NCBI GenBank assembly: GCA_025839675.1
Contig: CP104013.1
Location: forward strand, 5,280,001-5,312,000
Direction: 5' to 3'
From: Candidatus Lokiarchaeum ossiferum
GTDB lineage: Archaea; Asgardarchaeota; Lokiarchaeia; Sigyniarchaeales; Promethearchaeaceae
Length of the DNA: 32,000 nt
Shown: positions 14,934 to 22,700 of the stretch, piece after piece
How the letters are laid out: each line of letters begins with the position of its first letter
Position numbering within the stretch: the stretch's first letter is position 1
Made by a program: the position numbers and the translations under genes
The notes under the pieces: generated by a model
What the model saw: only the letters and a program-made list of their open reading frames with translations
What the model was told of the DNA's origin: nothing
The model's database searches: none

Positions 14934-15954
14934 AATTTTCCTTTTTTTTTAACAAATCAAATGATTTCTTTCGTGACATTTTTTTTTTACTCTCTCTATT
15001 TTCAATAATTTTGACTTATTTTGATCTAAAATAACGACAATTTCTCTATTTGTTGCTTTATTTCTCAATTAGAGCCTTTAAGTCAAGTTGTTTAGAAAAA
15101 TTGACCTTCTTCCATCATTCCAAATTCTAACTCTACGCTATAGGATGCCAATCCCATTATCTTTAATGTATCAACTCAAATCACATAATATTTATATAAT
15201 CCACTGACAAAATCTATTTTATGGTGTCTAATTAAACTTTATTCCCCCGAATCTGATTGGAGAACAATAATTTTTTTTTGTGCTCTGATTAGTTCAGTAC
15301 ATTGAAAAAAAGTTTGTCATTCTGCGGTGCGACGTGAAAGCTATATAATTGAATGCAAATACAATTTGAAATTTGCCCTACTGATGACGTAGTGAAGCTA
15401 TCCAAACATGCGTACTTGGTAACAAGTGGGTGTGAAGCTCTGGAGACAATGTACTTCTTTTTGTGAACACACAGAAAAAGAAGGCTAGCTTGGGTTCCTA
15501 TGGTAAACGAAAGTGAACTGGTATTTAAACCTCGTAAGACAAACGATGGCGAAATGTGTTGATACGCCAAGCTAAAATAGCACTATTGTTGGTAAAGTAT
15601 ACTCGCGGGTTATACTTTTGTCATCCCTTTAGCAATCGGGGAAGAGCCAGTACCTAAGGGAGCTGTTAAAAGTCAATTATCTGGAACACGGTAAGTCTAA
15701 TGATCCCCATTGACATGGTAGCGTAAGGTCAAAATGACCGCCACTCATCGAGACTGGCTATGCTATACAGAATGGTAACCTAAAGGTAACTGAAGGTGAT
15801 GGATCAGTAGATAGAGGATGTCGGAGAAAGCTAAAGCATGACTGTAATCGTTGTGATAAATGCAAATGCATTAACGTGAAAACGTGCCCACTTCCGACTG
15901 GTAAACAATGTAGAAGAGATTCGAGAAAACTCAAAGAAAAGTAGTGATTACACA

Positions 15955-17427
15955 TTGAAGAAAATCAATGAATCAAACAAAGAACGGCATGAAGTTCAAG
16001 TCTGTTGGTCCAAAATTGATTGGATCTCAGTCTGCTCATACGTCGAGCGATTACAGGATCGAATCTACATAGCAACTGAAAAGAAAGAATTTCGAACGGT
16101 AAAAAATCTTCAAAAATTAGCAATTCGTTCGCATTATGTAAAATTGTATGCAATACGAAATGTTACACAACTTAATTCTGGTCGGAAAACACCTGGAATT
16201 GACGGAATCACATGTCTTAATAATAAAGAAAGAGAATCACTCTACGAGATAGTTAAAACTTTCTCTTACAGTTCAATTAAGTCGTATCATCCAAAACCAG
16301 TCAAGAGAATTGAAATTCCCAAGGCAAATGGAAAGCTACGACCTATTGGTATTCCTACTGTGTTTGACAGAGTAATCCAAATGCTTGTCAAAATCGCTTT
16401 AGAACCTGAATTTGAACAAAAATTTCACCAAAACTCTTTCGGATTTCGTCCTGGACGATGTTGTCAAGATGCTGTTGAGGTTATTAACTACACAATTAGA
16501 TATGGTAAAGGTGAATATATCTTAAATGCAGATATAACTGGTTGTTTTGACAACATTGCTCATTCAACCCTTTTATCCGAGTTGCACGTCTTCAAACCTC
16601 TTGTTAAGAAATGGTTAAAGGCAGGAGTTTTGATTAATAATCGCAAATACGGAACAGAGAAAGGCACACCCCAAGGAGGAATTATTTCTCCTCTTCTTAC
16701 TAATATTGCTCTCAATCGTTTGGATTATCTATTTAATCGCAAAATTTCTTATCGTGGCAAAGAATATCAGACTACTCTTGTTAGATACGCTGATGACATA
16801 GTCATTTTAAGCACTAGTAAAAATTTTCTTGTTAGGATCAAAGATGTACTTGCGAAAACACTTTTGAGACAGGGGTTAACTTTAAATACCAATAAAACTG
16901 TCTTGATTCATAAATCGGAAGGTTTCAAATTCCTTGGATTCCATTTTATTCAACATCCCTATAAAACTCTTTGGATACAACCTGAAAAAGCATCCGTTCA
17001 ACGTATGCTACACAAACTCAAAGTTCTTTTAGATTCGCACAAGCAGATAAAAAGTGACGCTCTAATTTATGCGTTGAACAAGCGAATCTTGGGTTGGGCA
17101 CGCTATTATCAATACTGTAGGATAAATGGTATTTTTAATCGGATGGATTCAATTGTATTTAGATGGATCTGGAAGTGGTGTACCAGAAGGCATCCTCGAA
17201 AACCAAGAAAATGGTTAAGGCAAAGGTATTTTAAAGCAGTCAATTCTTTGAACTGGGTTTTCTCAGGTGATATATGGAGTCTTTCTTATTTTGTAGATGT
17301 TAAGCGCAAGAAATATCGATGGCGAGTAGGAAAGGAGAGTTATTTAAATCCTCGAGAAAGAAAGTTGTGGAAACAAAATAATATATGCAATTCTATCTAT
17401 AATAATGCAAATTCAGTCTTTTCTTAA
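15955..17427 (+). CDS. Group II intron reverse transcriptase/maturase (no recognisable HNH endonuclease domain)
   Basis: RT motifs: RKTPGIDGI (RT0), IEIPKANGKLRPIGIPTVFDRVIQ (RT1/2), FGFRPGRCCQDA (RT3), ADITGCFDNIAH (RT4), GTPQGGIISPLLTNIALN and LVRYADDIVIL (RT5, YADD), KFLGFHF (RT7), and maturase X motif RILGWARYYQY. The start is a TTG. The frame is open from 15880 with no in-frame ATG nearby, so the N-terminus is uncertain. Confidence 0.9.
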   Translation: MKKINESNKERHEVQVCWSKIDWISVCSYVERLQDRIYIATEKKEFRTVKNLQKLAIRSHYVKLYAIRNVTQLNSGRKTPGIDGITCLNNKERESLYEIVKTFSYSSIKSYHPKPVKRIEIPKANGKLRPIGIPTVFDRVIQMLVKIALEPEFEQKFHQNSFGFRPGRCCQDAVEVINYTIRYGKGEYILNADITGCFDNIAHSTLLSELHVFKPLVKKWLKAGVLINNRKYGTEKGTPQGGIISPLLTNIALNRLDYLFNRKISYRGKEYQTTLVRYADDIVILSTSKNFLVRIKDVLAKTLLRQGLTLNTNKTVLIHKSEGFKFLGFHFIQHPYKTLWIQPEKASVQRMLHKLKVLLDSHKQIKSDALIYALNKRILGWARYYQYCRINGIFNRMDSIVFRWIWKWCTRRHPRKPRKWLRQRYFKAVNSLNWVFSGDIWSLSYFVDVKRKKYRWRVGKESYLNPRERKLWKQNNICNSIYNNANSVFS

Positions 17428-17557
17428 ATTCTTCTGTCATAGAAAAAGTAATTGGAAGTCGCAAAAGAGCTGTTGATACCGCATTTAGGGATATTCAACC
17501 AGATTACTGTGACCTGAACGAATTTGAGTTGTGGTGACGCATCAGTTCTATTTGCTT

Positions 17558-17591
17558 GAGCCACTTACTTTGAAAGAAATATGGGTGGTTC
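17558..17591 (+). ncRNA. Group II intron domain V (catalytic hairpin)
   Basis: GAGCCACUUACUUU-GAAA-GAAAUAUGGGUGGUUC is 34 nt. It has the AGC triad at positions 2-4, a GNRA (GAAA) tetraloop, and a basal GAGCCAC/GUGGUUC helix with the typical G-U pair. Confidence 0.85.
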
Positions 17592-17594
17592 TGA

Positions 17595-17629
17595 GGGGGG
17601 AACGGGTTAGTAATAACCTTGCCCTACCC
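17595..17629 (+). ncRNA. Group II intron domain VI with bulged branch-point adenosine
   Basis: Hand fold: G95-G97 pair with C27-C29; U25/A26 are bulged; G98-G600 pair with C22-C24; A01-C03 pair with U19-G21; G05-U08 pair with A15-C18; 6-nt loop. A17626 lies 6 nt before the proposed 3' end at 17632. Confidence 0.65.
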
Positions 17630-17632
17630 GAC

Positions 17633-17998
17633 CGTGGGGAACCCTTCCATCCATTGGGTGGAAGAGGTTCTCAGGGTCAAGCTACCTTTCAGAGATATTG
17701 GCACACTTGTCGTTGGTACCATCCATTCCAGTGATGAATGCTAGGATGTCTTCCCATTGATGAGTCCCATGCCACGAAATTTCGTCCGTCCCCAAAGCTA
17801 CCGATGCAATTCTTCGGGGTTTTTCTTTCCACACAAGGGGAACCGAGACTACAGCCAGACTTTCATGGTTCACAGGGAGAAAAGAAGAATCCATATGGTT
17901 TAAGAATTTCAAGTTCAAATTTGAAATGAAAAATTGGCAGAGTTTTAGCGCACTCTACCAAAGTGCGAATTCAGAAAGCGCTGAATTCGGTGAATAAT
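17633..17998 (+). ncRNA. Structured non-coding leader of the IS110 element; candidate bridge RNA
   Basis: The 366 nt are visibly richer in G+C than the flanks, with no convincing ORF. Hairpins found by hand: GAACCCUUCCA...UGGAAGAGGUUC (~17639-17670), palindrome ACGAAAUUUCGU (~17774-17785), CGCACU...AGUGCG (~17949-17967), and GAAUUCAG-aaagc-CUGAAUUC (~17967-17987). Confidence 0.3.
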
Positions 17999-19504
17999 AT
18001 GACAACTTTATTGAAGAAAAAACTTTCGATCAGTGATAGTTCTCCTCTATTGATCCCCATAAATGACGATTCCCACTCAGAACTTGAGACATTTTCAGAA
18101 TATGGGATAGGTATGAATGTTCATAAAGACAGTATTGCTTTATGTGTCAGTGGTAGGCTTCCTACCAACGATTATGTACAAATTCAAGAACACAATTTCA
18201 AGAATACTTATGTAGGAGTCAATGAATTATGCCAATTCTTAAAAAGATTCAGCAAAGCTACAACTTTTTTGATGGAGTGCACAGGTGTGTATCACGTAGC
18301 CCTATATCGGGCACTTCAAGAGAAATTTCCTCACCAAATAGACATCATCATAGCCATGAATCCCCTTCTTGTTCATAATCGGATTGAGGATTTGGGATCC
18401 AAGACAGATCGTGCTGATGCCCGCACTTTGTCATCCTTAGCACTCTACCATTCAATTCTCAGACCAAGATATGTGGGAAGTGTTGTTTTTTTTGCAATCA
18501 GAGATCTTATGCGCTCCTACCATCGAAACACAACGCAAGTGACAAGGTTAATAAATCGAATTCATCGACAACTTCATTTGGCGAATCAAAAGTTCAAGTT
18601 TGATCTGAATGCCGAGTGGGGACTTCATTTGCTGGATCAATATATCAATCAATCGTGGTCTTTGGGAGCTTGTTATAATCATTTGTTCTCAGATTTGAAA
18701 ACTAAAGGTAAATACAGAGTTTTAGAAAAGAAGCAAGAAGAAATTGTACCTCATGCGGAGGTGATTTTAGCAGATACACAACGATTTATCCTTCAAATGG
18801 ATTTATTATGCTTAATGAGCAGTCAACAATCCAGTGCAAACTTTCTTCATGAAACAGAACGACAAGTTCTGCTCACTCCAAGCTTAGCCAAACATTATCA
18901 GCATATGCGCATCATTCCAGGCTTTAGTTCTGCAACCATTCTAACTGTGTTGACGAAGATTGGTGATTATTCACGCTTTCGGAATGCCAATATCTTTTGC
19001 AAATTTTGCGGAGTCGTTCCGAACATTCAGCAAAGCGGCAATTACTCTGCCAAAGGACATGTGAATCGCTTTACCAACAAACACTTACGATCGGCACTAT
19101 CCCAAGCCGCAGCAGCTGTCATTGGACGGTCTAATAAAGACACGGATATCGATGCATTTGCCTATAAGCAACGTTTTCTGCGACATATGCCCTTTAAAAA
19201 AGCAATGTTGAAAGTAGCTCAGAAATATGCTCGGATTCTGTATGGAATGTTCAATGAGATTCGACAATATGATCCCCACTTTGAAATTAATCGGAAAAAG
19301 GCAAAACGATTGAAAGTGCGCTTAGAAAAGCAGAATAATTTGATAGAGAGTGTCCAAACCCGAGCTTTGAAACGCAATATATCAAATTTTTTAGTAGCAA
19401 ATTCAGAATTATTGAACAGTACAAGCCGCTATCATTTATTTACTGGCTTTCACCGTTTAATTCAGAAATCTCGATACAGGGAGAAGGAGGATCACACCAA
19501 ATAA
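17999..19504 (+). CDS. IS110-family (DEDD + Transposase_20) transposase/recombinase, 501 aa from ATG 17999
   Basis: N-terminal RuvC-like motifs: IGMNVHKDSIAL (Asn where the first Asp is expected), FLMECTGVYH, SKTDRADARTL. C-terminal motif: IIPGFSSATILTVLTKIGDYSRFRNANIFCKFCGVVPNIQQSGNYSAKGHVNRFTNKHLRSAL. I prefer ATG 17999, preceded by GGTGA at 17989-17993, over the ORF-track GTG at 17963, which lies inside a hairpin. Confidence 0.85.
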   Translation: MTTLLKKKLSISDSSPLLIPINDDSHSELETFSEYGIGMNVHKDSIALCVSGRLPTNDYVQIQEHNFKNTYVGVNELCQFLKRFSKATTFLMECTGVYHVALYRALQEKFPHQIDIIIAMNPLLVHNRIEDLGSKTDRADARTLSSLALYHSILRPRYVGSVVFFAIRDLMRSYHRNTTQVTRLINRIHRQLHLANQKFKFDLNAEWGLHLLDQYINQSWSLGACYNHLFSDLKTKGKYRVLEKKQEEIVPHAEVILADTQRFILQMDLLCLMSSQQSSANFLHETERQVLLTPSLAKHYQHMRIIPGFSSATILTVLTKIGDYSRFRNANIFCKFCGVVPNIQQSGNYSAKGHVNRFTNKHLRSALSQAAAAVIGRSNKDTDIDAFAYKQRFLRHMPFKKAMLKVAQKYARILYGMFNEIRQYDPHFEINRKKAKRLKVRLEKQNNLIESVQTRALKRNISNFLVANSELLNSTSRYHLFTGFHRLIQKSRYREKEDHTK

Positions 19505-19529
19505 AAAAAATGGAAACTTTATCACTAAG

Positions 19530-19567
19530 GATGACCACTAGGTCATCTGGCTAAAGTTTTTTTTTTT
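19530..19567 (+). terminator. Hairpin plus oligo-T tract downstream of the IS110 transposase (terminator and/or IS right end)
   Basis: GATGACC-acta-GGTCATC (19530-19547), followed by an 11-T run (19557-19567). Confidence 0.35.
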
Positions 19568-19694
19568 CTTTTTCTCTCCTTTTCACCTCATTACATCTGT
19601 GATATAAAAAATTTGCAATTTATAGTATGTCATACTAATGTAATTGTAATTTCTTTAGAAAATTTAGCCAATTAAGAATAGATGCAAAAATCTA

Positions 19695-19700
19695 TTTATA
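19695..19700 (+). promoter_or_regulatory. TATA-box-like TTTATA positioned for a leaderless transcript of the first SIR2-TPR gene
   Basis: TTTATA is centred about 28 nt upstream of ATG 19726, and no SD-like sequence lies in between. TATA-like strings are common in this AT-rich DNA, so this is weak. Confidence 0.25.
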
Positions 19701-19725
19701 GTCATTTAACCCATGTAATTATATC

Positions 19726-22700
19726 ATGACCCAATCTGGAGTGAAGGGAAATTCTACAGCAAGTCCCACACAGTTAATCTCAGAATTATTCCATCCCGAA
19801 GGGAACTATACTTTCTTGGTGGGGGCAGGAATATCGATGAATGCCCCAGCGAATATTCCTAGCGCGGTCCAATTCGTCAAGAGCATTTTGGAACTTTGTG
19901 CCCCCCAAGAAGAAATAGACTCCATTCTCTCTTTACAATATCTACGGTATGAATTACTCATCGAGAAATTCAAAATCTATCTGGATACCAATCTACATTT
20001 CTTAGATTACTTAGAATTCGCAACCCAACCTAATCTACTTCACTTATTTTTAGCGAGTGCTTTACTGCATAAACAGTATTTAGTAACCACCAATTTTGAC
20101 TTCATGCTGGAGCGTGCCCTTCAAGCCATTTTATTACCCACCGAAGAATATAAAATTGTGCCAGTGATAACAAAAGCGGATTTTGGACGAGATTTTCGCC
20201 CATATGATTTAGTAGAACAAGGATTGTGTCCGATCTACAAAATTCATGGTTCCAAGAAAAATATTATAACGGGTGAAGATACCGCAGGGTCTCTGATCAC
20301 CACTATGGGGTCATTAGGAAGAGATAGGGCGATCGGGGAGACTTTTACGTTAGAGGAATATAAACAACAGCCTTTCTACAATTTAGTTAAAGGCCGTACC
20401 TTAATTGTCATGGGCTATTCGGGGAGTGATGACTTTGATATCGGTCCGATGTTAATGAATCTCCCGACCATTGAAAATTTGGTATGGATAGATCATTCTT
20501 CTGATAAGCATTGGAAAATTAATTGTATCGCCCCAGTTTCAACGTCGAATTCTTTCAAGAATCCTTCTTCAAAGACCTCCCAATTATTGCACAATATCGC
20601 ATCGAACATCAATATTTCAGTATATCATGTATTAGCCGATACTCATGACTTCGTGAAAACCGTTTTATGGCCAAAAATGATGCCTAATTTTCCCTTAGTA
20701 TCGGAAGAAATTCTACAAAACACCACCAAACTTCCCGATTTTAATCAATGGATTCAACAAGAATTCCAAAATGATTTACCAACGATGGTGAAAAAATGGC
20801 AATTTGCATGTTCTTTATATGCGGATTTTAATCAATGGAAGGCGCTAGGGCGTTGTGCAAAGAATGGGTTAGAAGAAAGTCAAAAGATTAATGATCCTCT
20901 CTCTCAAACCCTTTTTTTGAATTACTTAGGTAAAGCTCAAGCAAAACAGCTGAAGTTGTATTCTGCTATGCAACATTTTCAAGAAGGTTTAGATATTGCA
21001 GAAAAAACAGATCAGTTCGAATACATGGCCACTTTTATCAATAATGTCGGGGTGATCAGCAGTTATCTTCAATATGTGATGGATTCTTCCCAAAAAGAAG
21101 CCACTCTCGAAATGTTTGAAAATGCTCTCACGGTATTTGAACAACATCAAAATCAATGGGGAAAAATCGCCACTTTAACCAACATTGCCGGAATTGAATT
21201 TTTTCAAGGCAATTATTTGGAATCTAATAAGAATTTGATGGAGTCTTATACTCAAACTCAACATTTGGGCAACTTGGCATTCAAAAGTGTTATTTGTTAT
21301 GATTTAGCTATAATATGTGAATTTCTGATGTCTGAAAAAGACGTCCTAAACAATTATCATGAAGGGATTTCCATTAATCACCAGATGGGGGATGTTATAG
21401 GAGAATTAAATGGTCATTTTCAACTCCTTCAATATTGGTTCATAAAAGGAGATTATAAACAGGCAAAATCGGCCTTTTTACAAGCTCTCTCGCTTGGTTC
21501 TAAATGTAAAAATGAATCTTTGATTGCTGATCTCTATTCATGGAAAGCGTGGGTTGATTATAAAACCAATAATCTCGGCTCAGCCATTCAAAATATGCAA
21601 AAAACGTTTCAAATGTATGAGTCTTTGCAAAAAATAGATTTAGTGCGTTTATGGCAAGCTCAATCTTTAAGTGACCTTGGATATTTCGAATTTGGGCAAA
21701 ACCAACCTGAAAAAGCTTTAACTCATTGGAAACAAGCGCTCGCTCTAATTGAAGAAAAAAATCTCCATTCGCCTTACATTGAAATTATATCCAAACAACT
21801 CAACGGGAATATTAAAATTGCGCAAGATGAAATAAGGGTTCTTCCCTCACTCGATAATATCCTTCCTTACATTTCTGACCTTACTCATCATTTAAACTCG
21901 CTAGACGACAAAATTAAATTTTTGGAAAAGGCAATTGCTTCAGAATTCAAGTCTATTGATCTTCCTCCCTTTGAAGATCCTTTTCAAGGGAAAGTATACG
22001 CTAAAATTGATGCTCTCTTTGATCTTGGCTATTTATTCCTTACTAATCGAGATTCTATCAGAAGTACAGAAAAATTTGAACTTGCAATCGATCTTATTTC
22101 TCGCTTAGAACAATATTCCATGCTTGAAAGACATTTTGAAAATTTTGCTCATCTAGGTATTATTTGGAAGAATATTAGGGCGTATCGAACCCAATATTTC
22201 TTCCTAACTCAAGATGATTTTGATTTGACACAAGAAAACCTTAGTTGGATGGCTAGTTGGCACTCGCGGTCAAAATCAAAGGATGCCTTTAAATTTATGC
22301 ATCAAGCCCAGGATTGCTTCAACGATGAAAAATATACGGAGGCGATCGAATTATTTTCAAAAGCGAAAGACATCTTTGAAAAACTTGGGGAAACACGACA
22401 AGTGCAAGAAATCCAAGAAACCATAGATACGGTTCTAGTATTGAATGCGGTTGAAAATAAAAATTTGAAAGAAGAGATGACAAAAGATCCTGAATCCACC
22501 TTAAAAGTCTTGCAAACTCTACAGAAAATGAAGCTTCGTGGAAAATCAAATTCAACAGAAGAAGAAGATTCAGAATCTATTAAAATTGCTGAAGATAATC
22601 AAGATGATTCTTTTTCTAGTTTAAACGGGGTGTTCAACCGCGATTTGGTTTCTTCTACTCAATTTTTAATCACTTTGGAAGACAAAGGGCGTAACATCGA

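Larger units (their letters stand above)
15327..17632 (+). mobile_element. Group II intron (ribozyme domains I-VI plus intron-encoded RT/maturase), about 2306 nt
   Basis: The 5' end is GUGCGAC at 15327. A G+C-richer, ORF-poor 628-nt segment (15327-15954) precedes the RT ORF, consistent with domains I-III. The RT/maturase ORF sits in domain IV. A canonical domain V lies at 17558-17591 and domain VI at 17595-17629, with bulged A17626. The intron ends ...GAC at 17632, matching the AY consensus. Confidence 0.8.
17633..19570 (+). mobile_element. IS110-family insertion sequence (ends approximate)
   Basis: A DEDD/IS110-type transposase gene is preceded by a long structured non-coding leader and followed by a hairpin plus T-run. 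IS110 elements typically lack terminal inverted repeats, so the ends cannot be set from one copy. Confidence 0.5.

Noticed and set aside
13086-14939. Possible terminal inverted repeats of the IS4/IS5-type element: TGAGTGAAT (13090-13098) / ATTCACTCA (14921-14929), and AAAATTTAC (13110-13118) / GTAAATTTT (14931-14939).
   Set aside because: The two blocks occur in an order incompatible with a single inverted repeat. Each is only 9 nt in AT-rich DNA. I kept only an 8-bp IR plus AAGT flank as a low-confidence boundary hint in the feature table.
14846-15034. 62-aa ORF in the AT-rich spacer between the IS4/IS5-type element and the intron.
   Set aside because: Low-complexity sequence (poly-F/K/S) with no SD or TATA context and no motif. 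It is most likely non-coding.
15318-15774. 7-nt complementarity between the 5' exon CAUUCUG (15318-15324) and intron CAGAAUG (15768-15774), considered as an IBS1/EBS1 pairing.
   Set aside because: The exon segment stops 2 nt short of the proposed splice site, and the next pair is an A-C mismatch. A 7-mer match within about 600 nt can arise by chance. It is not accepted without a covariance-model fold.
15289-16153. Antisense ORFs 15289-15570(-), 15758-15955(-) and 15965-16153(-).
   Set aside because: They lie antisense to group II intron ribozyme domains I-III and to the start of the RT gene. The region is better explained as structured intron RNA.
17639-17670. Hairpin GAACCCUUCCA-UCCAUUGGG-UGGAAGAGGUUC just after the intron, considered as a second domain V (nested or remnant intron).
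   Set aside because: It has AAC instead of the AGC triad, a 9-nt loop instead of a GNRA tetraloop, and the wrong helix length. No companion domain VI or RT remnant is present. I treat it as part of the IS110 leader.
17531-17929. ORFs 17531-17734(+), 17682-17918(-) and 17738-17929(+).
   Set aside because: They are mutually overlapping on both strands. They span intron domains V/VI and the structured IS110 leader and have no protein motifs.
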